DNA of 64,000 bases from Candidatus Poribacteria bacterium (GCA_965208245.1 OZ242325.1:158706-222705), one strand, 5' to 3'. Positions 30,050 to 39,819 are shown, numbered from the stretch's first letter. Numbers and translations: made by a program. The notes: generated by a model not told the origin, from the sequence alone.

Positions 30050-30244
30050 ACATTGACAGTAAGTGTGAATTTCAATTGGGTGTGTATATTTTTATAGAAA
30101 CACATGAGTAAAGAGAGGAATAAGGCTTTTGAGGAGAATATCAAGCCCCAGAGGGGAGAAAGGCTATAGAAAACGTTGATGTAACCAGAGTAAGCATTCA
30201 GAGGGGTGAAAGGTATATCATGTAGGGAATTAAATGCACATGTT

Positions 30245-30364
30245 CTATACCCCTGTCAAACCCAAACCGCTGGTGCTTGGAATTTTGATGTTCACATGTT
30301 CTCCATCAGTAAATATTGCAATAACGATGTTCGTGTCTAATAGAAATCTATCCCTCTGATTCAT
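30245..30364 (-). pseudogene. Truncated PIN-domain (VapC-like) toxin, first ~20 residues only
   Basis: Hand translation gives MNQRDRFLLDTNIVIAIFTDGEH... then unrelated sequence and a stop at codon 40. The ATG overlaps the 3' end of the upstream antitoxin-like gene. Confidence 0.4.
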
Positions 30365-30572
30365 AGACTTGTTCACAACCTTCCGCAATTGCTTGTTTCA
30401 TTTGTTCAAGGTCTTCTGATGGAATCGTACCTGCAAATTTAAGCAATTCCTTAAGCGGTGTACCTTCTGGTAGATCACCCGAAAGTTCCAACACAAAATC
30501 CAAAACTTGTTTCTGTTGCGACAGAGTTAGTTTTTCTATTTGTTCTAAGAGTTCTGTCTTTAGATTTTCCAT
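30348..30572 (-). CDS. Small antitoxin-like protein (partner of the degraded PIN gene)
   Basis: 74 aa from the ATG at 30572, with GGAG upstream. Sequence MENLKTELLEQIEKLTLSQQKQVLDFVLEL.... The ORF-track N-terminal extension lacks an RBS. Confidence 0.45.
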   Translation of the reverse strand: MENLKTELLEQIEKLTLSQQKQVLDFVLELSGDLPEGTPLKELLKFAGTIPSEDLEQMKQAIAEGCEQVYESEG

Positions 30573-30949
30573 CGTATTGTCTCCTTTTTGATTAAGAGAC
30601 GGTGTTTTTCTGTTTATGCATAAAGTTCCCATCAATAGAGGTGTGAAATTAGCAATCTTCTCTGTCTTTTGCTTACAGAGAACCTGATGGCTGTGAAAAA
30701 AACCTGAAATTACCAAAACCCCTTCCGCGTCTTCCGTGTTCTCCGCGTAATCCGCGATTCTGACAATAAGGGAACAAAGTCTTTACACACCTTTCCTATA
30801 TTTAAGGGTTGCATTTTCTAAGTCAATTCTGATAAAATAAGTATACCAGCATTGCTCGAAATAGCAAACCATTTAATAAGCGAGAATCTGAGTTCCTCCT
30901 ACAACTCAGATTGTATGATTAATTGTACAGTCCACCATAGATACAATCA

Positions 30950-31249
30950 ATGCATATCATTACACGAAAACGTCTAAATGAGTTCGTTGAGAAGAAAGAC
31001 AAGACTGCGAAACCCGCAATTGAACGTTGGTATAGAAAGATGAAGCAAAACACTTTTCGAAATCCAAGTGAACTTCTGCAGATGTTTTCATCCCATGAAG
31101 TAGATAAAGTTGGTAAGTTCACAGTATTTAACATTGGGGGTAAAACAACTTCTCGTCTTATCACGGTTATACATTATAATAGACAAAAAGTCTACATCCG
31201 TGATGTTTTGACCCATAGTGAATATGAGACTGGAAAATGGAAGGAATAA
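30950..31249 (+). CDS. higB: Type II toxin HigB (HigB_toxin / RelE-fold mRNA interferase)
   Basis: Sequence MHIITRKRLNEFVEKK...AIERWYRKMKQNTFRNPSEL...FNIGGKTTSRLITVIHYNRQKVYIRDVLTHSEYE matches the family end to end. Confidence 0.85.
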   Translation: MHIITRKRLNEFVEKKDKTAKPAIERWYRKMKQNTFRNPSELLQMFSSHEVDKVGKFTVFNIGGKTTSRLITVIHYNRQKVYIRDVLTHSEYETGKWKE

Positions 31250-31252
31250 CTC

Positions 31253-31615
31253 ATGCTAAAAGAGAAACAGATTAGCGAGGTTACAGATGAATTACCAGTA
31301 TTTCAAAATCTGAACGTATCTGACCAAAGTACTGTATCTGCTTCACAATCAATTGTGGCTGCCGTAGAAAACTTAATAGAAGTAGTTGGTGTAAATGAAA
31401 CTAAAATCTTTTCACAACTGACTGAACAAGATTATCAAGAACTTGTCCGGATTTTGGATGACCTGATAGATGTGGTAGGAGAGGATGAAAACCACATGTT
31501 AGCTGCAGTTATGGATTTCATTAGTATTCTCATAGAGAATTATGAAAATGAAAACGTACCGGAATTAATAAATGATTCTGTATCTGATTCTATTATGGAT
31601 GTAGAGATACAATGA
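31253..31615 (+). CDS. HigA-like antitoxin N-terminal module without a recognisable HTH domain
   Basis: Starts 3 nt after higB. Has EQDYQELVRILDDLIDVVGEDENHMLAAVMDFISILIENYENENVP, like the pre-HTH part of HigA-type antitoxins. No HTH follows. Confidence 0.45.
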   Translation: MLKEKQISEVTDELPVFQNLNVSDQSTVSASQSIVAAVENLIEVVGVNETKIFSQLTEQDYQELVRILDDLIDVVGEDENHMLAAVMDFISILIENYENENVPELINDSVSDSIMDVEIQ

Positions 31616-31865
31616 TGGTAAGGTTTAATCCATGAATATTATCCTTTCTTTTATTTGTGCTTCTTATTTTTCCATCCGTCTGATTCAGTTTTTCTGCCGT
31701 TTAAAAAATAAAGACTACAAATACAAAAAAGCAGATTCAGCAGATGAACTTGATATGATTATGATGGCGATTTATTTCTTAACGCAGTAATGTAATCCTA
31801 TTGTTGTTTCATACCCAAAAATGTTATAATTGTTCGTACAAATAACACAATAGGAGTGACACACT

Positions 31866-32597
31866 ATGAAACCAAAGATCGCAATTACATGTAAGAGAAG
31901 CAGCGATGTGGAAAACTACATAAAAACTGTTGAGGAATATGGCGGAGAACCAGTTCTGCTTGTATCTCTACAAATTCCAACCCACCAACACAATTCAATA
32001 ATTCCTGAAATCTTGGATGATTATGACGGTATTCTTTTAACAGGGGGTGGCGACATTGATCCAACTCACTATTTTGAAGAGAGACGTTCCGCAACCGCTG
32101 TGAGTAGATCACGTGATGCTTTAGAGATACGTTTGTGTCAAAAAGCTCTGGAAACGGACATCCCAGTTTTTGGTATATGTCGTGGTATCCAAATAATGAG
32201 TGTTGCCATGTGGGGAAACTTATATCAAGATATAGACGATGAACATCCGAAACCCGTGCTCAGACACCCAAAGTTGAATGGAGAGGATGCTCGACATGAA
32301 ATCAAAATCCAACCTGATAGTCTGTTGTATGAAATTGTTGGGAAAAGTGTAGACGAAGTGAATTCAGCACATCATCAAGCAGTTGACGATATAGGTAAAA
32401 ATTTTGTTGTAACTGCTCGTTCATCGGATGGAGTCATAGAAGCAATAGAAAACGAATCTAAACCGTTTGTAATAGGTGTTCAATATCATCCAGAAAGGAT
32501 GATCGCAAATGACGGTTTTCTTGAGCATAGACGAAAACTCTTTAGCGCATTTATCAAAAGTACTAAAAACTGGCAATCAATGAAAAACGGTTCGTAA
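31866..32597 (+). CDS. Gamma-glutamyl-GABA hydrolase-like class I glutamine amidotransferase (peptidase C26)
   Basis: Has LTGGGDIDP, GICRGIQIM (nucleophile Cys) and VQYHPE. Confidence 0.8.
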   Translation: MKPKIAITCKRSSDVENYIKTVEEYGGEPVLLVSLQIPTHQHNSIIPEILDDYDGILLTGGGDIDPTHYFEERRSATAVSRSRDALEIRLCQKALETDIPVFGICRGIQIMSVAMWGNLYQDIDDEHPKPVLRHPKLNGEDARHEIKIQPDSLLYEIVGKSVDEVNSAHHQAVDDIGKNFVVTARSSDGVIEAIENESKPFVIGVQYHPERMIANDGFLEHRRKLFSAFIKSTKNWQSMKNGS

Positions 32598-33507
32598 GTC
32601 CTAACGCCCCGTAAGGAACAAGTGCATAGTCAATCTGGAACCGTCGCAATGTCAGTCCAAACCCTGCTCTGAGTCCTGATATGGTGACTAAATCATTTCC
32701 ACCGAGTTTATAGATGTAACCAGACCGCAATTGCAGAATATTCAAAATTGTATATCCGAAACCTACACCGAAGGAATTATGATTATCTGTAGGACGAATG
32801 AAATCCATGGTAACCAAAAAAGACTCATTCCATAATCTATAGGCTGCCCCGATTCTCAGTGTAAACGGTAGCAGAAACGCTTCCTCAACATACTTGATAC
32901 GGGGGCCAATGTGTTGTGCATTGATTCCAAATGAGAAAGGTAAATCAGGCATAGTATACATCCCTCCGAAATCAAATGCAAATCCACTACCGTTTTCATC
33001 TGCGATCTGTTCCCGTAATAGTTTGGCATTCACACCAACTGCTAAAGAATCTCCGAAACCACGTGCATAAGAGATCACCATCGCTAAGTCATAAGCGTTG
33101 AATAACTCTGTTTCATTTCCTTCTTGGTCTCGTCCCTGCATTTCTCCATAAGACTGATAATTTACGCTGGCTCCTACACTGTTTCTCTCTCCTATTGGAA
33201 ACGCAACACCGATATGTTCATAGTTAATGTCAGCGAATCGTTCAGTGTGCATAAGTGCAAGCTGCGGTTTCTGTAGTTTGACGAGACCAGCTGGATTCCA
33301 ATAGGAAGCATACAGATCATCAGCAGCTGCAACATGGGACTCACCCATTCCTATTGCTTTTGCACCGATACCGATCTTGAGGAAAGTCATAGCACGTGTG
33401 CCAGCGTTTTCGTGAATATCAGAGTTGGCAGCAGCATATGATAACGTTGGTGTAATACTAGCTAAGATAAACAGTAGCGTAAAAACATACTTCATTAAAT
33501 GTTTCAT
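32563..33507 (-). CDS. PorV/PorQ-family outer-membrane beta-barrel (T9SS-associated)
   Basis: Signal peptide from MKHLMKYVFTLLFILA. Has GTRAMTFLKIGIGAKAIGMGESHVAAADDLYASYWNPAGL and a terminal aromatic F. The 3' end overlaps the convergent gene by 35 nt. Confidence 0.6.
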   Translation of the reverse strand: MKHLMKYVFTLLFILASITPTLSYAAANSDIHENAGTRAMTFLKIGIGAKAIGMGESHVAAADDLYASYWNPAGLVKLQKPQLALMHTERFADINYEHIGVAFPIGERNSVGASVNYQSYGEMQGRDQEGNETELFNAYDLAMVISYARGFGDSLAVGVNAKLLREQIADENGSGFAFDFGGMYTMPDLPFSFGINAQHIGPRIKYVEEAFLLPFTLRIGAAYRLWNESFLVTMDFIRPTDNHNSFGVGFGYTILNILQLRSGYIYKLGGNDLVTISGLRAGFGLTLRRFQIDYALVPYGALGLTNRFSLIASF

Positions 33508-33570
33508 ATTTCGGTTGAATTCAGTCCTTATGATAAGTAGGTTCTTCCAATCTTGCATTCTTCCAATTAT

Positions 33571-35148
33571 CTAACTCGTTTCTGATTCTCCGTAGCCTCC
33601 GCCGCCAGGTGTTCTAATCTCAATAATATCACCATCTTGAATAACCATAGTCGCTTTTGCTGAAATAGGTTGTTCCTTACCATCACGGATGAGAATATTT
33701 TCACCTGACGCTCCATTTTCTCCACCTTGCAATCCATAGGGGCTGAAAACACGACGTTCAGATAGTATGGTAACTTCAGCATCAGTTAAGAGACGTAAGG
33801 ATCGGACAATGCCGTCACCCCCCTTGAATTTCCCTTCCCCTCCAGTCCCTCTACGAATAGCGTACTGTTCTACTTGCATCGGGTAACTTGTTTCAATTGC
33901 CTCAATAGGCGTATTCATTGTGTTTGTCATGTGTGTGTGAATAGCATGTATCCCATCACAAGTTGTTCGCGCTCCCATTCCACCTGCAATAGTTTCGTAA
34001 TATGTAAAATCTCGATTCCTTTCATTATCATATCCACCGACAGTGATATTGCTCATGGACCCCGAACTTGCAGCTGGAATTTGATCAGGACATGCTTTTG
34101 CTAAAGCACCGAATAATATATCAACAATCCGTTGTGATGTCTCAACATTTCCGCCTGCTACAGCAGCAGGAAAATTCGCATTGATAACTGTACCCTTCGA
34201 TGAAATAATGTGGATAGGTTCAAGACATCCAGCATTTGATGGAACATCTTCACCAGCAATACAGCGGAATGTGTAGAAAACAGCAGATACTGTGATGGCA
34301 TATATAGCGTTTACAGAACCCCGAACTTGTTTAGAAGTACCCGCAAAATCTACTATTGCGGTATCACCCTCGATTTCAATTGATACACAGATTTTGATAG
34401 GTGTATCTGTTATGCCATCATTATCCATATAGTCAGAAAATTCATATTTCCCATCAGGTATCTTTCGCAGAAAGGCACGCACCATCCGACTTGCATAAGC
34501 ACAGAGTTCTTGCATATATAAATTGATTTCTTCTATACCGTATTTCTGCGTAATCTCCTGTAATCGTCTTTCACCTATACGGTTTGCTGCAAGTTGTGCC
34601 TCAATATCTCCCTGTCTCTCTATCGGTGTCCGTACGTTCGCGAGTATAAGACTCAATACATCATCGTTTATTTTTCCGTTTTGTAGCAACTTAACAGGCG
34701 GTATGCGGATACCTTCCTGAATCACACTTGTCGCAAGCGGCATTGAACCGGGAGTCATTCCCCCAATATCAGCATGATGGGCGCGGTTAGCAACATAGAA
34801 GTCTGGTTCACTATTGGAATTGTCGATAAACACAGGAGTGACCAAAGTTATATCCGGTAAGTGTGTTCCGCCACAAAAAGGATCATTCAGAACAACGACA
34901 TCTCCCTGACCCATCTGGGTGTTTTCAATTGCTGCTAACACAGAGAGCGGCATTGATCCGAGATGTACAGGAATATGCGCAGCTTGCGCAACCATACCAC
35001 CAATCGCATCAAAAACAGCACAAGAAAAATCCAATCGCTCTTTGATATTCGGTGAAAATGCAGTCCTCTGCAGGGTAACACCCATCTCTTCCGCAACTGA
35101 GGTAAGTATGTTCTTGTAGAGTTCTAATTTTATCGGATCAAAATTCAT
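33571..35148 (-). CDS. Hydantoinase B / 5-oxoprolinase family protein
   Basis: Has DPIKLELYKNILTSVAEEMGVTLQRTAFSPNIKERLDFSCAVFD. Likely start is MNFDP at 35148. Confidence 0.88.
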   Translation of the reverse strand: MNFDPIKLELYKNILTSVAEEMGVTLQRTAFSPNIKERLDFSCAVFDAIGGMVAQAAHIPVHLGSMPLSVLAAIENTQMGQGDVVVLNDPFCGGTHLPDITLVTPVFIDNSNSEPDFYVANRAHHADIGGMTPGSMPLATSVIQEGIRIPPVKLLQNGKINDDVLSLILANVRTPIERQGDIEAQLAANRIGERRLQEITQKYGIEEINLYMQELCAYASRMVRAFLRKIPDGKYEFSDYMDNDGITDTPIKICVSIEIEGDTAIVDFAGTSKQVRGSVNAIYAITVSAVFYTFRCIAGEDVPSNAGCLEPIHIISSKGTVINANFPAAVAGGNVETSQRIVDILFGALAKACPDQIPAASSGSMSNITVGGYDNERNRDFTYYETIAGGMGARTTCDGIHAIHTHMTNTMNTPIEAIETSYPMQVEQYAIRRGTGGEGKFKGGDGIVRSLRLLTDAEVTILSERRVFSPYGLQGGENGASGENILIRDGKEQPISAKATMVIQDGDIIEIRTPGGGGYGESETS

Positions 35149-35207
35149 AGGACGTAGATTGTCAGAAATGCATGCAAATATGTCTAATGAAATACCTAAA
35201 ATGCTGT

Positions 35208-36231
35208 TCACAAAGAAGTCAGTTGCATTTTAACATGTTCTCTTGTAATATACAAGAAAAACTGACTGATAATGTCACTATCCAAATTGAAATCTATACC
35301 CTCATCATAAGAAACGATTTTCATAAGAAATAACTCAAACCTCCGGTCCCTACGGACATTGGTTATCAGATGATCAATGTTCGTATGTCCTTCACGAAGG
35401 AGTTTGACATGTGCCTTGGAGAAGTGTACCATTGTGATTGGTTCACTTTGAGGAATGTCCAATTCCTCTGTAAGAATTTGTGCAAACCGATTGACAAGGA
35501 CAGGTTGTCCAACTGTCTGTTTGTGGGATAGATTCAATGACATCGGGAAGGAAAGGCTGCCCAACTTCGTCTGTGTATTGTGAAAGCAGTTCATTCACTT
35601 GATCGTTTGTGAAATTGGGTAATTTGAACTCATCTTGGATTTTGAAGGGGGAAATAGATCGATCATAGTTCAGTTGGGTAATACTCTTTACCCCAACGAT
35701 GCCAACACTATACGGACATCGATGCCTGCCAGATATGTAGATGTGTCGGAGTGTGTATAGAAAATCGCTCAGAACTGTTCGAGGGATAGCATCAAATTCG
35801 TCAATGATAAGGACAACTTTCTGATCTTCAAGCACATCTGAAAGTCGTCTAAAAAACCTTCGCATAGAAATATGGTTGGTGAGTTTCGTGGTATTTAATA
35901 ACTGTTCTAAAACTTCAGAGGGTGGGTTGCCACGTCTTTGAAGAACACGCTCTATCTCCTCACGAATTTCCTCGTAAATATCTTCATAAAACTCGGCAGG
36001 TTCAAGATTGTTAGACGATTGAAAATCAACCTGAATTGGAAAGTATACATCGGATGCAAGCAAATCTAAAGCACTGCGGAAGAACGTGGTCTTTCCAGTT
36101 TGCCGCGGCGCAAAAAGGACGATATATCGCCCTTTTTCCAGTCGATTAACAAAATCTAAAAGTTCATCTGTGCGCACAACGACGTAGTTTTCTTCTGGAT
36201 ATACAGGTCCACGGGTTTCAAAACATCTCAT
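35208..36231 (-). pseudogene. AAA-like-domain ATPase, frameshifted around 35520-35590
   Basis: Has Walker A (FAPRQTGKTTFF) and Walker B (VLIIDEFD) in the 36231-35443 frame. The expected continuation (HKQTVGQPVLVNRFAQIL...) lies in another frame, down to 35208. Confidence 0.65.
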
Positions 36232-36250
36232 TTTTGTGCTCCATTGAATA

Positions 36251-38107
36251 CTACTTAACAACTATCAACCGTCGCGTCTGCTGGAATGACTCTGTCGTCA
36301 ACTGGTAGAAATAAAAACCGCTTGCGACACTTTCACCGTAGGTGTTCTTGCCATCCCAGTAAACAGCACGACCCCGATCTTGATAGTACCCTACCGATTG
36401 GAAACCGAGTGAGAAAGTACGGATAATACTACCTGTTGCGTCATATATCGTGATAGATACGTTGCTGTCTTCTGATAGACGATAGGGTATCCACGTCTCT
36501 GGGTTGAACGGGTTTGGATAATTTTGTAAGAGGTGGCTGTGTTTCGGTGTGCCAATATTCTCAAGGGTGACAGATAGAAACGCGTTTGCCAGATCGATGG
36601 GTGCCACCTGAAAACTGTACTTGTCCGAGACAGTAGAGCCGTCTGTATCAGTGATGGTTACTTCAACTGTATCACCGACCTGTACAACATTTCTGTAACT
36701 AAGGTCAGCTGTGGCAGCGGCGAAGTAATTATCCTGAACCTGTGTTGTCATCACGTTGTTTGTTCGTAAGTTTCTGACTGTTATTTGATACCCGTCATAT
36801 TCTTGCTTACCTGTCAAATGTCCACTGACCACAAATGCCCAGGTTCCCTTGGACGTTACTCCGGATACGGCAGGTGGTGCTGCAGCGGACTCCTCCGTAG
36901 TGTCTGTCCAAGGTGCTCCGACGAAAGCAAAATTGCGAGTTTTTGGGACGTTAACAATATAACCCTGACCGCCTTCAATTGCAAAACCGTCGTCAGGTGC
37001 GTTTGGTGTCCAACCGATGAAACGTTGACTTTCAGCATCAAGTGCAATTACCATAGTTGCTCCCGCCATCCCCACGAGTGATTTTGCAGTCATCGGTTTC
37101 GGTGATGCTAAAGGAACAGAAAGCATGTTTAAACCTTTCGCCAACATAACATTGTAGTAGTTACCAAAATGATCGCTTGCTGCTTTATCAACAGGTATTC
37201 CGACAAAACCGTGTACTCGACCATCCGCTGTGTCATAGAAACCGACGATAGAACCATCCTGATTGACATTTCGGACGACAGTGATAACGCTGCCTGGAAG
37301 CCGCACTTCATGGAGGATGCCACTGGGTAGAAGGATATAAGACCTTAGAAGGTCGTTTACAACTTTGGCTCTGAATCCGATAACACCAGCATCAGTGATG
37401 GTGTTCACAAATAGATATTCAAGGTTCAACATTTCTGGGAGATCTATAGTGCTGAAACTACCATCAGGGTTACGTATGAACCCATGAAACATGCCATCGA
37501 CATCAATGTAACTGCCAACAACAGCACCTGCGGCATTGACAAAGTCCCCATAAGTTGCAACTGCACCAGGGAATGTAATTATCAGATCCCCTGAGAAGGC
37601 GTGGAAGATTCCCGATGCATCAACAATGTTACCGCTCAACACTCCTGTTTCATCACTAATCCCGAAGATGAACGTCTGGACAGCACCTGGAAAATCGTAC
37701 TGTTTTAACTCGCCATTTTCGTCTAACACAACACCGTGGTAGAGTCCATCAGTGCCCTGGTAGTGCCCCGCAGCGACTCCATTATTGCCGAGGGCAAAGA
37801 AATGCGTTTTCTGTGAATCGGGAAAATCGTAGGTTGTAAAAACACCGTCAATTAGTGTAAAGGCAATCTCTTTTCCATTATCAGCACTGCGCGTATAGCC
37901 TGCGTAATCTCCAAAGTCGCTACTTGCTGTCAACGCTAAAAAATCTACACCCGGCAAGTTGACGGTTTCAAAAGTATAATATGGAATGTAGGATTCGGAG
38001 ATCAGAACGGGAACAGGTTGAGGATTTGCTTCTGCGGGGATGTACCACGCAAGACATAAGATAAAACATAATAGGAGAATGGGTTTAGTTAGTATATTGT
38101 GATTCAT
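36251..38107 (-). CDS. Secreted repeat protein (HAF-like G-x-Y-x-D-x-x-G-x-x-HGF repeats) with T9SS/FlgD-Ig-type C-terminal sorting domain
   Basis: Signal peptide MNHNILTKPILLLCFILCLAWYIPAEA. Has repeats such as GSYIDVDGMFHGFIRNPDG. C-terminal LLQNYPNPFNPETWIPY...YWDGKN..GE.VASGFYFYQL. Confidence 0.75.
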   Translation of the reverse strand: MNHNILTKPILLLCFILCLAWYIPAEANPQPVPVLISESYIPYYTFETVNLPGVDFLALTASSDFGDYAGYTRSADNGKEIAFTLIDGVFTTYDFPDSQKTHFFALGNNGVAAGHYQGTDGLYHGVVLDENGELKQYDFPGAVQTFIFGISDETGVLSGNIVDASGIFHAFSGDLIITFPGAVATYGDFVNAAGAVVGSYIDVDGMFHGFIRNPDGSFSTIDLPEMLNLEYLFVNTITDAGVIGFRAKVVNDLLRSYILLPSGILHEVRLPGSVITVVRNVNQDGSIVGFYDTADGRVHGFVGIPVDKAASDHFGNYYNVMLAKGLNMLSVPLASPKPMTAKSLVGMAGATMVIALDAESQRFIGWTPNAPDDGFAIEGGQGYIVNVPKTRNFAFVGAPWTDTTEESAAAPPAVSGVTSKGTWAFVVSGHLTGKQEYDGYQITVRNLRTNNVMTTQVQDNYFAAATADLSYRNVVQVGDTVEVTITDTDGSTVSDKYSFQVAPIDLANAFLSVTLENIGTPKHSHLLQNYPNPFNPETWIPYRLSEDSNVSITIYDATGSIIRTFSLGFQSVGYYQDRGRAVYWDGKNTYGESVASGFYFYQLTTESFQQTRRLIVVK

Positions 38108-38187
38108 AAGTGTCCTTTCTTGTAGATTGAGTTGAATTGCAAAAAATAACATATGTTACTGACTTCTGACAACTGAATACTACTGGA

Positions 38188-38277
38188 TAGTGAACTGTAG
38201 AATTAATGAAACACGCCACAACGGGCAAGGTGACATCACCCGTTGTGAAATGTCTCATTAATTCTAATGTTCACTAT
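38188..38277. mobile_element. MITE-like palindromic element (degenerate copy)
   Basis: The sequence atagtgaactgtagaattaatgaaacacgccacaacggg...cccgttgtgaaatgtctcattaattctaatgttcactat folds on itself over ~40 bp arms. Confidence 0.65.
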
Positions 38278-38521
38278 AACAAGCTTAAACAAAATGTTGA
38301 AACCAATCTATACATATATGGATCCTTGCTGCGGGGACATTCTTGTAAAAAAAAGCTTTCTATTCTTTGCGGTTTCTGATAAAATGGAAAATCTGAACAA
38401 TGCCACATTGGGTTGCGTTCTATTTGTAAAGAGGTAACGTCTGTCCAACATGGTGAATCGTCGTTACTATTATCATTTATTAATTTAAAATTATCAAGTC
38501 ATTTCTATAATAAGATATACT

Positions 38522-39289
38522 ATGCAAAACTTAATCACAGTAATTGGTCGTGGCCACTCTGGGACACGTGCTATATCACATACGCTCTATGCTAGTGGGG
38601 TATATATGGGGAGTCAGTTGAATCCTTCAGGTGATAAGATTCCACCGCATGATATGTATGATGCATGTAGAATGTTGGCAAAATATGTCACATGGAAGGG
38701 CGGATTATCATGGAACTTTGAACCGCTCTTTACCATGCCGATTGACCCGGATTTTGAACGACTGATCACTACATATTTGTCTGATGTGCTGCATGCATCA
38801 TCTACGTATAAAGGTTGGAAGATTCCAGAGACAACACTAGTATATCCTTGGATAATGCGGATGTTTCCAGATACCCGTTATATTCATTGGATACGCGATC
38901 CCAGAGATTGTATTTTGGGAAGTCATAAAACAGATAACTTGCGCGATTTTGGTATTGATTATCCACAAACAGATGATATCTATGAACGTCGCGCAATCTC
39001 GTGGTACTACCAGTATCAATTGATGAAAGCAACACCTAAACCAAAACATGTTATCCAAGTACGCTTTGAGGATTTTGTGCTAAATCAGGAACAAACGCTT
39101 GAACGACTAGAAGCGTTTTTAAATATGTCGTTAGGTCGAATCATCGTAAGACCGGAGGCAGTTGAACGATGGAAAAGGGTTGAGAAGCCAAAACCACTCC
39201 CATTTGATTTTTTACGTGATGCGATTCTTGAAAACGGCTATTCATTATCAGTGAATAGTTTCAGTTCGTTCCCTGTGTGTACATCGTAA
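38522..39289 (+). CDS. Sulfotransferase family protein
   Basis: Has a 5'-PSB-like motif (VIGRGHSGTRAIS) and a 3'-PB-like motif (YIHWIRDPRD). Confidence 0.6.
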   Translation: MQNLITVIGRGHSGTRAISHTLYASGVYMGSQLNPSGDKIPPHDMYDACRMLAKYVTWKGGLSWNFEPLFTMPIDPDFERLITTYLSDVLHASSTYKGWKIPETTLVYPWIMRMFPDTRYIHWIRDPRDCILGSHKTDNLRDFGIDYPQTDDIYERRAISWYYQYQLMKATPKPKHVIQVRFEDFVLNQEQTLERLEAFLNMSLGRIIVRPEAVERWKRVEKPKPLPFDFLRDAILENGYSLSVNSFSSFPVCTS

Positions 39290-39555
39290 AGCCAAGTGCC
39301 AATAGCACTGCCTATGCTACTATCTACATACAACCGTGTTCCATCGACTGAAAACGTCAAATTCTGTACACTTCCTTTGCCAAGACGTAATTTTGCACCT
39401 TCAGGTAGTTCCCAGCGTGTATAGTCTTGTGCGAAAACCTTTGGTATAAAGAGACTCATAAGAGGAAGATATGATAATAATATGATAATAAGTGGATAAT
39501 TATTATATCGTTTATCTTCTTTTTTGCGGTTCAGATTCAGGAAATATTCAGGCAC
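39238..39555 (-). pseudogene. N-terminal fragment (signal/TM + first blade) of a WD40-repeat protein
   Basis: The segment WELPEGAKLRLGKGSVQNLTFSVDGTRLYV...GTWLYDVHTGNEL parallels the N-terminus of 40550-43438 (LPINALTRIGKGRLIEVKYSTDGS...GVWLYNTQTYEE). It ends after one blade. Confidence 0.5.
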
Positions 39556-39781
39556 CTTATGCTCCCATTCAATATGACTTAGCCAGTTATAAGCAAAATT
39601 GATGTCAATTTTGGGTTTGGTAAGAAAATGAGAAATACAATGCAGGACAGGAGATTTTGCTGTTGCTTAAGGGATTTATTCAACAGAATGTGACATGTTT
39701 GTGTTCATATGCTGGACAAATAAAGTTTTAGATTTAAGTTGGGTAATTTGCGGATCCAGGAGCACCTTCAGATAAGTTGTG

Positions 39782-39810
39782 GGTCGTCAGTTAAAACTGA
39801 CGACCTTTTT
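39782..39810 (+). terminator. Intrinsic-terminator-like hairpin (ggtcgtcag-ttaaaa-ctgacgacc + TTTTT)
   Basis: 9-bp perfect stem. The T-run is on the plus strand only, and the hairpin lies 10 nt below the stop of the minus-strand gene 39820-40452. Confidence 0.5.
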
Positions 39811-39819
39811 GTGAAACCT

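Noticed and set aside
31632-31790. 52-codon ORF (MNIILSFICASYFSIRLIQFF...) after the HigA-like gene
   Set aside because: It could be a small membrane peptide. However, it has no RBS and no conservation evidence available, so it is too weak to call.
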